Below are positions 55,932-64,000 of a stretch of DNA of 64,000 nucleotides, piece after piece (the stretch's first letter is position 1; each line of letters begins with the position of its first letter). The translations under genes and the position numbers were made by a program. The stretch is taken from positions 192,001 through 256,000 of the forward strand of contig CAVRKK010000001.1 in NCBI GenBank assembly GCA_963722385.1, in the 5' to 3' direction. The DNA is from an uncultured bacterium (GTDB lineage: Bacteria > Babelota > Babeliae > Babelales > Babelaceae). The notes beneath the pieces were generated by a model. That model had not been told where the DNA came from and searched no databases. It saw only the letters and a list, made by a program, of their open reading frames with translations.

Positions 55932-56423
55932 GTGGCCAATTATAATCGTATTATCATGGTCGGCAATTTAACGCGAGACCCTGAGCTCAAGCAACTCCAA
56001 ACAGGACAATCTGTTTGCAAGCTCAACCTCGCCTCTAACAGAAAATACAAATCAAAAACAGGCGCTATAACCCAAGAGGTCTGCTTTATTGAGGTTGATG
56101 TATGGGGACCGGTTGCTGAAAGCTGTAACCAGCATTTGCGCAAAGGAAAGCCCGTTCTGGTTGAGGGACGACTAAAGCAAGATACTTGGAAAGAAACTGA
56201 TGGGCAAACCCGCAGTAAGCATGTGATTGTGGCCGATAGCGTCGTATTTCTCGGCTCATCACCAGCAGCGGAAACAGGCAGTGAAATAAGCGAAGAAACT
56301 ACCGAATTTCCGCCTGCAGCACCATCACGTCGCACCGCCCAACCAAAAGCAGACTCCCCCGTCGTCGGCGGCTCAGCTCTCTTTAAAGACGAGCCACCTT
56401 TTGAAGACGAATTGCCTTTCTAA
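55932..56423 (+). CDS. ssb: Single-stranded DNA-binding protein
   Basis: NRIIMVGNLTRDPEL, LRKGKPVLVEGRL, C-terminal DELPF; GTG start. Confidence 0.97.
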   Translation: MANYNRIIMVGNLTRDPELKQLQTGQSVCKLNLASNRKYKSKTGAITQEVCFIEVDVWGPVAESCNQHLRKGKPVLVEGRLKQDTWKETDGQTRSKHVIVADSVVFLGSSPAAETGSEISEETTEFPPAAPSRRTAQPKADSPVVGGSALFKDEPPFEDELPF

Positions 56424-56430
56424 AATATCT

Positions 56431-56456
56431 AAGGGAGAGGTTGAATCCTCTCCCTT
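56431..56456. terminator. Hairpin between convergent ssb and antitoxin genes
   Basis: AAGGGAGAGG-ttgaat-CCTCTCCCTT, 10-bp perfect stem. Confidence 0.7.
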
Positions 56457-56466
56457 GCAGCGCACT

Positions 56467-56853
56467 CTATCGAGACAGTTTACTTCTCTCCATTTCGGTT
56501 TTAGGAAGAGCAACGTAAAGTCTTGCTTTCCGCCTTAAGGACTTCCTCGGCTTTACACTAATGGTAATATCTTGCCCAAGGTCATTCAAAAAGCGAAAGA
56601 GCCTTTCCAGGGAAAAGCCTGTTAATTTCCCATTCATAAGGGCCGAGATTTTTGGTTGGTCGATATTAAGAAGCTTAGCAGCGCTTCTTTGGGTGAGCTT
56701 TTTTCGCGCTATAATGTCGTTAATTTGTAGAGCTAGCTGAGATTTGGCAAGTGCTTCTTCAGGCTGAGCAATACCAAGGTCAGCAAAAACATTTCCGCTA
56801 CTGATCTCATATTCTAAAGTTAAGGAGTCTTTCTTTTGAACTTTATTTTTCAT
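56467..56853 (-). CDS. XRE-family HTH antitoxin (HigA-like)
   Basis: SSGNVFADLG, LTQRSAAKLLNIDQPKISALMNGK, FSLERL. Confidence 0.92.
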   Translation of the reverse strand: MKNKVQKKDSLTLEYEISSGNVFADLGIAQPEEALAKSQLALQINDIIARKKLTQRSAAKLLNIDQPKISALMNGKLTGFSLERLFRFLNDLGQDITISVKPRKSLRRKARLYVALPKTEMERSKLSR

Positions 56854-56862
56854 AATGGTTCC

Positions 56863-57220
56863 TTATCTGCTATTTAGCTGAGATATGGCGTAAGCAGTTT
56901 TCAATCGAGCCTTTATCAAGCTCATATCTTCTTTTGGCGTTTTAATGCCATGCTTCGATTTCTTTTGAAATGCATGAAGCACGTAAAGCGCGTCATCATA
57001 CCGAACCGTATACACGGTTCGGTAGGTTCCTGAATCATCCATCTCGATTATTTCCATCATATGGGCTCCACCAAAATTTTTAAGCACCTTTATGTTGCTC
57101 TTCGTTTTTCCCGTGTTGTGCTGCATGCAAGGCGTGACCCATAGATCTTTGAATCTCATCAGGAAATTCTTTTAGATCTTTTTTACTCGAACCGATCCAC
57201 ACTAACTTTTTCAATGCCAT
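56863..57220 (-). pseudogene. RelE/HigB-like (phage Gp49-like) toxin interrupted by a +1 frameshift
   Basis: ATG 57220 gives MALKKLVWIGSSKKDLKEFPDEIQRSMGHALHAAQHG; the family sequence continues in another frame (KTKSNIKVLKNFGG...TYRTVYTV...YVLHAFQKKSK); junction at the A5 run (T57105-57109). Confidence 0.85.
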
Positions 57221-57235
57221 TTTACCCTCTTAGTT

Positions 57236-57264
57236 AATATGCCAGATCTGGTATCGCTCGTCAA
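57236..57264 (-). promoter_or_regulatory. TA operon promoter with palindromic operator
   Basis: TTGACG-17 nt-CATATT on the minus strand, with near-palindrome ATACCAGATCTGGCAT filling the spacer and overlapping the -10. Confidence 0.65.
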
Positions 57265-57456
57265 CATTTGTCAACGCTGGACATATTTAGGTAGCTATTT
57301 AAGCTATTCATAGCTAGTAAACTATGAGCAAGCAAGGCATAAAGTGACGCAGAATTTGCGCTCTTTTAAGCCCATGTTATGCTTAATATATGAAATTTTA
57401 GATCTTTTTCTGGGCTTACCAGCACGAAGATTTCATCAAGCTACCGGGAGCAAGCC

Positions 57457-58695
57457 ATGATTGACCTTAACCTGTTACGTGATAGGCCAGAACAAACTAT
57501 TAAAGAGATCAAAAGAAAAGACCCTCATTTTGATGCTGAAAATCTTTTAGAACTTGACAAACGCCTCCGGGCGCTTAGGCAACAAGTTGAATCCCTGCGT
57601 GCCGAAAAAAATGAGCTCGCGCGGCACGCACAAAAAGGCGTCACGGAAGATATTCGCTCTCGCTCGCGATCACTTGATACTATTTTAAAAGATGCTGAAG
57701 TCGAGCTTAAAGTTGTTGAGATTCAATTTAACTCACTCTACCTTTTTTGTCCCAATATTCCGGCAGCTGACCTACCAGATGGTGGCAAAGAAGCAAACCG
57801 CACCATAAGGGTCCATGGCAAGCGCCCCACCTTTGACTTTATACCAAAAAACCACGTCGAGCTTGGCACTGCTGCGGGGTGGCTCGATTTTGAAACAGCC
57901 GCACGCATGACCGGTTCCCATTTTGCTCTCTATAAAGGGCAAGGAGTCCAGCTCCTTTATGCACTCGCGCTGATGATGCTTAACCATAATCGGGCACATG
58001 GGTACCACTTTGTGTTGCCGCCGGCGCTGATTAATGAGCACGCAATCGAAGGAGCAAGCAACTTTCCGCGCTTTAGGCAAGATGTCTACGCAATTGAAGC
58101 TGACGGGCTCTACCTCACCCCCACATCTGAAGTAAACCTGGCAAACATGTACCGCGATCAGATTCTCTCAGAACAAGAGCTACCACTACGCATGACGTCC
58201 TGGACAAGCTGCTTCAGGCGTGAAGCAGGAGGGTACGGCTCGACAGAACGCGGGCTCATACGGATACACCAGTTTGAAAAAGTCGAACTCTACACCCTTT
58301 GCTTGCCAGAAGAAGCAGAGCATGAACAAGAACGGATGCTGGCCTGCGCCGAAGAATTGCTCCAAAAACTTGGCTTACATTACCGCGTCGTCCTGCTAGC
58401 CGCCCAAGATTGCTCATTCGCGTCGGCAAAAACCTATGACATCGAAGTCTGGATGCCCGGCCAAGGAGAGTATAAAGAAGTTTCTTCAATCAGCAACTGT
58501 ACCGATTTCCAAGCACGACGCTGCTCAATACGCTATCGCCAAGAGGGTCAACAGAAACCACATCTCGTTTACACCCTCAATGCTTCGTCGCTCGCTTTGC
58601 CACGGGTCATGGTCGCTCTGCTAGAAACGTATCAAACAAGCGAAGGCTCTATTGTACTGCCAGATATACTGAGATCATTAACGTGGGCATTTTGA
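57457..58695 (+). CDS. serS: Serine--tRNA ligase
   Basis: N-terminal coiled arm, LTPTSEV, CFRREAG, GLIRIHQFEKVE, YDIEVW, SNCTDFQARR, TLNAS. Confidence 0.98.
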   Translation: MIDLNLLRDRPEQTIKEIKRKDPHFDAENLLELDKRLRALRQQVESLRAEKNELARHAQKGVTEDIRSRSRSLDTILKDAEVELKVVEIQFNSLYLFCPNIPAADLPDGGKEANRTIRVHGKRPTFDFIPKNHVELGTAAGWLDFETAARMTGSHFALYKGQGVQLLYALALMMLNHNRAHGYHFVLPPALINEHAIEGASNFPRFRQDVYAIEADGLYLTPTSEVNLANMYRDQILSEQELPLRMTSWTSCFRREAGGYGSTERGLIRIHQFEKVELYTLCLPEEAEHEQERMLACAEELLQKLGLHYRVVLLAAQDCSFASAKTYDIEVWMPGQGEYKEVSSISNCTDFQARRCSIRYRQEGQQKPHLVYTLNASSLALPRVMVALLETYQTSEGSIVLPDILRSLTWAF

Positions 58696-59011
58696 TTAAC
58701 AGAAGCACCTTTTACTAAAATAAAAACTCGCTTGCCCCGCATGGAGGCCCTTATAAGCAATTTATCAACCGCCCCTCTTGACACGTTTGGTAAACTTATA
58801 ATATACCCTTTTTTACGAGGACCACATAAATTTACCATAGCAAGCAAGAGGAGGCTTTAATTTTCTCCCTTTTTCTTTTCAGGTAGTGACTGGAAATTAA
58901 CACCTGAAAAGAGCCAAAAGAGTAAGCGCAGGCCATTATACTAATACTATCAACCCTCAGGAGAAGGCATTATGAACGAATAGATAGGTTATTTTTAAGG
59001 AGATTGCGTTT

Positions 59012-59473
59012 ATGGCAAAGCACGTTGGAGTCAAGCTTCCCGATGATTTGCTCCCGATACTAAAATCTGAAAAAACCGTTGCTGTCCTGGCCACCTTTTC
59101 GGAAAAAGAGCTTCCCCATACCACCCCGATTCAATGGGTCTATCCCAAGGGTGTTGACAGCATTTTGATAACAATTCATAAAGATCACGAAGGTTATCAC
59201 AACATGGTTTGGCAAAAGAAAGTCATGTTATGCTTTCTTGATGGGCATGATACCGCTTATAGCGTGCTTGGGCGCGCTGGCGTTGTTCGGGCGCCTTCAT
59301 TGGTACATCCTCTTATGAATGTCGTGCGACTCGATATTATCGACGTCAAATGCGATCGATCGCCAATAAGTCGTATTGATCAGGGCGTTCGCTGGAACTA
59401 TACCTCCGCTGAGGCTGAAGAGCTTGGAACGGCACTGATGGACGAGCTTAAAGAGCTTGCGCAAACACTTTAA
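59012..59473 (+). CDS. Pyridoxamine 5'-phosphate oxidase-like (split-barrel flavin-binding) protein
   Basis: VLATFSEKELPHTTPIQWV, SVLGRA pattern; AAGGAG RBS. Confidence 0.7.
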   Translation: MAKHVGVKLPDDLLPILKSEKTVAVLATFSEKELPHTTPIQWVYPKGVDSILITIHKDHEGYHNMVWQKKVMLCFLDGHDTAYSVLGRAGVVRAPSLVHPLMNVVRLDIIDVKCDRSPISRIDQGVRWNYTSAEAEELGTALMDELKELAQTL

Positions 59474-59498
59474 CCCGCGCGCTAAAGGGGCATTTACG

Positions 59499-60524
59499 AT
59501 GAACAAATCGATCAAAAAATCCCTATCACGCTGCATTATCAGCGCAAGCTTTTTATGGGTGATGCGCGGCGAGGGTCAACAGGCTGTTGGTGAAAAATGG
59601 CAACCTGTTGTACCTTCACATGCACCAGCATCGCCTGGTGCGCGGTTCGATGAAACACGCGGCAACTGGTATTATAAACGCGAATATTACCGGAAAGCGC
59701 GCCAGCTCAACGAAGCCATACATCACAAAATTAACGAGCTAGCTGAACTTAAAAACTCGCTTTTTAAAAAGCGAACGGCAAGCGATAAAGCAGTGGCTGA
59801 CTTTAATAACACATTGGGCTTCGAAGAAGGGGAGCTCGATGAGGTTCTTAAAGAGCTTGCCGTTCAGCTATCGCAAGAACGAGAAGAGATGATTGAGCTC
59901 ACCGAAGAAGAGCGAAAGATCGATCAAGAGCTCAAAGAAAAAAGAAATGCCCTTGAGCAACTCAAAACAGATATGACCACCGTTGGCGAGCTCGATCAAG
60001 CACTTGATAAAAGTATGGGCCTCGTGCTTGAAAATATCAGCAAAGCCCGCTCATATGAGGAAAAAGCCTGGAAAGATTATAATGGGATTAGCCAAACGTT
60101 AAGCGATCGAAAAGCTGAACAGCTTTATCTCAATATGCAAACGTATATGAAAAATATCGAGAATATTAGTCAGTACCTTACGGGCCTACTTTCGAATTTT
60201 ATTAATACGAAGACTCATGAACTCTCAAGCCTCATGGATAAGATCCGCCGAGAGGTCGAGCGGCTCCGGGCAAAAGGAATCGAGCTTTCAAAAAAAATCG
60301 CCACAGAAAAGAAAGCTGATATGGAGCGTAAAGCTGCTGAGCTTAAGAGAAAGATGCAAGAAGAAGAGGAAGCACGCAAAAAAAGAGAAGCAAACGTGCC
60401 CTGGTGGCAGCGCTTAAGAGCTTCAGTCAGCTCGGCTTTCCAAAAGCTCTTTGGCAAAAAGAAAGAAGCTACGCCAAAAGAAACGCCCAAAAAAGCCACA
60501 AAACCAGTTGCTAAGACGCCTTAA
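59499..60524 (+). CDS. Exported long coiled-coil protein with K/P/A/T-rich tail
   Basis: Start moved to ATG 59499 (AAGGGG RBS); heptad-rich; ends KKKEATPKETPKKATKPVAKTP. Confidence 0.8.
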   Translation: MNKSIKKSLSRCIISASFLWVMRGEGQQAVGEKWQPVVPSHAPASPGARFDETRGNWYYKREYYRKARQLNEAIHHKINELAELKNSLFKKRTASDKAVADFNNTLGFEEGELDEVLKELAVQLSQEREEMIELTEEERKIDQELKEKRNALEQLKTDMTTVGELDQALDKSMGLVLENISKARSYEEKAWKDYNGISQTLSDRKAEQLYLNMQTYMKNIENISQYLTGLLSNFINTKTHELSSLMDKIRREVERLRAKGIELSKKIATEKKADMERKAAELKRKMQEEEEARKKREANVPWWQRLRASVSSAFQKLFGKKKEATPKETPKKATKPVAKTP

Positions 60525-60593
60525 ATTTGCTAATTTTAGAATACGTGGCTTGAAAAAGCCCAATCCCTCCTTTCTATTTTTAAGATGCCATAA

Positions 60594-60679
60594 GCGGAAG
60601 TGGTGGAATGGCAGACACGCAGCTTTGAGGGGGCTGTGGAGGAAACTCCGTGGGGGTTCAAGTCCCTTCTTCCGCACCA
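60594..60679 (+). tRNA. tRNA-Leu(GAG)
   Basis: Acceptor GCGGAAG/CTTCCGC, anticodon arm CAGCT-TTGAGGG-GGCTG, long variable arm GGAG-GAAA-CTCC, TTCAAG T-loop, encoded CCA. Confidence 0.96.
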
Positions 60680-60697
60680 AAATAAAAAGGGCAGGTA

Positions 60698-62248
60698 ATG
60701 CAATTATCGCTGCGACGGTTTCTTTTTTCCGGTCTATCTCTCTGGTTTGTCGTCACCATCATCGGTATTTATTTTTTGGCTGACTTAAGAAAGCGCATAA
60801 ATTTTGGGGTTGACCTTGTAGGTGGCACCTACATAACCCTTGAAGTACAGCTCGATAAAGCGATCGAAACAGAGATTGCCCAAAGAGCCCAATCGCTGGC
60901 TGATACATTAAAGAAAAACGGCTTTGAGCCTGTCTCTGTCACCGCTGAAAAGGAAGCAGGATATTTAAATTTTAGCGATGAAGAAGCTGCTCGCAAAGCT
61001 GAAGATTTTCTTGTTGCCCAAGATATACGCGTACCAACTGTCCGCGAGAACAAACGGTTGAAGGTCAGCTTCACCGCAGAAGAAATCAAACGACTCAAGA
61101 ACGAAGCGATTGAGGGCAACATCAGCGTGCTTGAAAGGCGCTTAAACCCTTATGGCGCTGGCGAGATTTCCATTGTACGCCAGGGAGATAAAAATATCGC
61201 CATAGAACTGCCCAATGTTCACGATATACGGCAAGCAAAAACAATGATTGGCAAAACAGCTTTATTAGAAATTAAGCTCGTCGAGGACATGGCAGACAGC
61301 CGGGACGCTTTGCTCAAAAAATATGGGGGCCAAATCCCTGAAGGAAAGGTAATAGCACAAAGCAAGGGGCGCGGCGAACGGGTAGCATTTTTCTTGTTGC
61401 CCCAGTACACTGATTTAACAGGACGCCTCTTAAAAGACGCTTATAGCGATGTTGGCGGTGATTTTGGGGGACAACATGTTATTAAGTTTGCGTTTAAGCC
61501 AGAAGGTGCTGACAAGTTTTATGATTTGACCAGCGCTAATCTCGGTCGGCATATAGCAATCTTGATCGATAACGTCGTCATTACAGCACCGGTTGTGCAA
61601 TCAGCTATCGGCTCAGAAGGCCAAATTACGGGCTTTGCAACTCCCCAGGAAGCTCAAGAAGTTGCAGCCCTCTTGAAATCGGGCGCCTTCGTTGCACCCG
61701 TAACGTTTGAACAAGAGCGACACATAGGCCCTTCTTTGGGATACGAATCGATTCGCAATGGTCTTGGCGCGTGCCTTGTTGGCCTACTTGCCCTCTTGAT
61801 CTTCGCGATTATTATTTATAAAGTTGCCGGATTTTTTGCGTTTATCGTGCTGCTCTATAACATTCTGTTGATCTTGTTCGCGCTGGCATTCTTGCGCGCG
61901 ACGCTCACCCTGCCAGGTATCGCGGGTATGCTTTTGACCATTGGTATGGCGATTGATGCCTCGATTTTGATCTTTGAGCGGATCCGAGAAGAGCTGGCAG
62001 CAGGAGCAACGTTCAAAAAGGCCGTTGACGCAGGCTTTTCCGGAGCGTTAGGAGTTATATTAGACGCAAACATTACGCACTTTTTGGTCGCATTAGTGCT
62101 TTATTACTTTGGAGCAGGGCCTATTCGAGGCTTTGCGATCACTATGATCATTGGTATTATATCAACATTGCTCACCGGTATTCTTCTGCTGAGATCGATC
62201 TTCAATTTTGTTATCGACGGCCTTGGCGTATCAAAGATAAAAATTTAA
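60698..62248 (+). CDS. secD: Protein translocase subunit SecD
   Basis: GVDLVGG, IAIELP, IAILID, LLKSGA, IGPSLG, LTLPGIAG, IFERIREE, ILDANIT, GPIRGFA. Confidence 0.97.
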   Translation: MQLSLRRFLFSGLSLWFVVTIIGIYFLADLRKRINFGVDLVGGTYITLEVQLDKAIETEIAQRAQSLADTLKKNGFEPVSVTAEKEAGYLNFSDEEAARKAEDFLVAQDIRVPTVRENKRLKVSFTAEEIKRLKNEAIEGNISVLERRLNPYGAGEISIVRQGDKNIAIELPNVHDIRQAKTMIGKTALLEIKLVEDMADSRDALLKKYGGQIPEGKVIAQSKGRGERVAFFLLPQYTDLTGRLLKDAYSDVGGDFGGQHVIKFAFKPEGADKFYDLTSANLGRHIAILIDNVVITAPVVQSAIGSEGQITGFATPQEAQEVAALLKSGAFVAPVTFEQERHIGPSLGYESIRNGLGACLVGLLALLIFAIIIYKVAGFFAFIVLLYNILLILFALAFLRATLTLPGIAGMLLTIGMAIDASILIFERIREELAAGATFKKAVDAGFSGALGVILDANITHFLVALVLYYFGAGPIRGFAITMIIGIISTLLTGILLLRSIFNFVIDGLGVSKIKI

Positions 62249-62251
62249 GAA

Positions 62252-62328
62252 GGCGACGTAGCTCAGGTGGTTAGAGCGGCGGAATCATAATCCGTAGGTC
62301 CGGGGTTCGAGTCCCTGCGTCGCCACCA
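62252..62328 (+). tRNA. tRNA-Met(CAT), elongator type (Ile2 not fully excluded)
   Basis: Acceptor GGCGACG/CGTCGCC with paired G1-C72 (not initiator), anticodon loop ATCATAA, TTCGAG T-loop, encoded CCA. Confidence 0.93.
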
Positions 62329-62353
62329 ATACTTTGAATATGGGTACCATCAC

Positions 62354-63208
62354 ATGAATCGTCATCAAACACTAATACTTATTTCAGGTCTTGCTTTATT
62401 GAGCTTGCCTGGTACTGCTTTCTCACGGGACGTTATCTGGGACCTCGGTGGCACGCTTATTCGAAGAAGCAACCTAAGCCAGCTTAAAGCGGTCGGGTTT
62501 TGGAATGCGGCAAGACTTTATTTTCAGCACGGCAATAGTATCTCAAAGCTTATGCGCACGACGATGTGGAATATACTTAATTTATATGAGCATAATGCTA
62601 AACCCCATGCAACGCAGGCTCTTGATCCTTCTGGAGCTCCTTTGCCGGTGCTTATGCAAGACTGGCTTATAGGTAACAAGACGAGCGCAGACCTTGCTAC
62701 GATAGCTCAAGAACTAGCTGATAAATATACAGGGTTCTACAGTAATACGCACAAGAAAATGATAAAAAATACATTTGACTGGATGTTTACCCCCGCAAGC
62801 TATGCGGCAAGTTGGGTTCCTATTAAGAAAGCATTAAAAATTCTTTCAAAAGTGAAGAATAAAAAAGACGCGCAGAATAAGCCAGCAAACCGTATATTTA
62901 TGCTTTCAAACTTTGATAAAGACACCTTTGACCGGATCAAACAACGTCCCCGCAATAAAAAGATATTTAAGCACTTTCACGATAATGACCTTTTTGTATC
63001 CGCACCACTACGCGACATCAAGCCACGTCGCTCTGCCTTCCAGAAGCTTCTCGACTCAAAAAATATCGATATTCGCAACGCGTTATTAATCGATGACCAA
63101 GAAGAAAATTGTAAAGCATTCGTCGAGATGGGAGGCAAGGCCATACATGTTCCTGATGGGGACTTTAAAAATGTGCGTAAGCAGCTTGAAGAATGGGGAG
63201 TGTTATAA
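62354..63208 (+). CDS. HAD-superfamily hydrolase with signal peptide
   Basis: IWDLGGTL (motif I), LSNF (II), KP (III), LIDDQEEN (IV); signal peptide ending AFS. Confidence 0.85.
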   Translation: MNRHQTLILISGLALLSLPGTAFSRDVIWDLGGTLIRRSNLSQLKAVGFWNAARLYFQHGNSISKLMRTTMWNILNLYEHNAKPHATQALDPSGAPLPVLMQDWLIGNKTSADLATIAQELADKYTGFYSNTHKKMIKNTFDWMFTPASYAASWVPIKKALKILSKVKNKKDAQNKPANRIFMLSNFDKDTFDRIKQRPRNKKIFKHFHDNDLFVSAPLRDIKPRRSAFQKLLDSKNIDIRNALLIDDQEENCKAFVEMGGKAIHVPDGDFKNVRKQLEEWGVL

Positions 63209-63222
63209 TTTATTCAGCCGGC

Positions 63223-63567
63223 CTACAATTCCTCATGAACAAGCACCTCTTCATTAATTTTTTTAAATCGCGAAACAAGCTTACCATCGGGACCAGCTAC
63301 CAGCTCAACAAACATCTCTTTTGGGCGAGCCCACAACGTACCGATTGGTAAAGGCTTCCCTTCAGGCTCAAGCTTAGATTCATAGAGCTGTTGATAAATA
63401 ACAAACTCTTTACGCGGATCTTCGCTAAACCGCGCAACACCGAGCACTCTATACCGACCACCTCTAAAGTGCTCGTAAAGACCAGGCAAAACATCCGCAG
63501 GTTGAGAACTAAGCATTGCACACCCCAAAGCACACGTTAAAATCAAACTAAGACGCATATACTTCAT
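63223..63567 (-). CDS. DUF1653 family protein with signal peptide
   Basis: PGLYEHFRGGRYRVLGVA, VIYQQLY, WARPKEMF, RF; GAGGT RBS. Confidence 0.85.
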   Translation of the reverse strand: MKYMRLSLILTCALGCAMLSSQPADVLPGLYEHFRGGRYRVLGVARFSEDPRKEFVIYQQLYESKLEPEGKPLPIGTLWARPKEMFVELVAGPDGKLVSRFKKINEEVLVHEEL

Positions 63568-63985
63568 AGATTACCTCTCTTTTAACCAAAATGTGGCCAA
63601 TTAGTATTTGTATTAATTATACTAAACGACCATAACACAAGCAAGAATTGCTTAGAGCTCAATAATGGGGGCATGAACGCTCCGATAAGGGATATTTGCT
63701 GTTTATTCATCATGGCTCTTATCATGAGGGAGACGGTGAATACTTTAGCAAAATAATGACTCGAGGGGAATAAATTTTTTGCGGAGCGTGATCAGGCCGA
63801 AGCGCTAGCTGCAAAGTCCTACATTTAGGAGTAAAATTTGAAAAAATGGTGACGCAACTATAAAAGCTCGGCGAGGCGGCTTCGTGAGAGAATTATCAGA
63901 ATTAATCAAGTTTTTATTGAATAATTGAGAATTTTTATGATACTATCTTTTATAAGAGGGCATTTTTATAAAAAGGAGAAATATA

Positions 63986-64000
63986 ATGAAGAAACTTATT
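63986..64000 (+). CDS. 5' end of a CDS truncated by the window edge (MKKLI)
   Basis: AAGGAG RBS followed by ATGAAGAAACTTATT. Confidence 0.55.

Noticed and set aside
58778..58802. TTGACA...TATAAT promoter (similar case at 7497-7522 on the minus strand)
   Set aside because: Spacers are 13 and 14 nt, too short for a sigma70 promoter as paired
60594..62328. tRNA genes as prophage or island attachment sites
   Set aside because: No duplicated tRNA 3' end noticed and no integrase in the window

Overview
A 64-kb piece of a bacterial chromosome. The left ~31 kb is accessory: an exported sulfatase/FGE pair, tandem kinase-like paralogs, a 21-blade beta-propeller membrane protein, a Cys-rich copper-storage protein, a zwf-like gene, a PRTase-prs-erythromycin esterase operon, ankyrin proteins and many orphan proteins with signal peptides. 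The right half is mostly housekeeping (carD-miaA-PpiD/SurA-recA-infC-rpmI-rplT-zapB-like-zapA-rny-ymdB, dnaK, argS, mnmA, ssb, serS, tRNA-Leu, secD, tRNA-Met). It also carries secreted orphans and a toxin-antitoxin pair with a frameshifted toxin. The many signal-peptide orphans and ankyrin proteins suggest an intracellular parasite of protists, probably Babelota/Dependentiae (TM6); this is inference, not a database result. The most notable signal is a dispersed multi-hairpin non-coding repeat in three copies (24660-25015 +, 31952-32290 -, 43521-43657 +). Its stems show compensatory base changes and it always lies in sense orientation just after a stop codon. There is also an apparent effector set: a shared A-M-[EKI] motif at predicted signal-peptide cleavage sites, a secreted DOT1-like methyltransferase, an ankyrin protein with an F-box-like C-terminus, a protein with a protamine-like tail, and normally cytoplasmic enzymes carrying signal peptides. 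I saw no transposase, integrase, reverse transcriptase, CRISPR array or rRNA. All calls come from motif recognition by eye.
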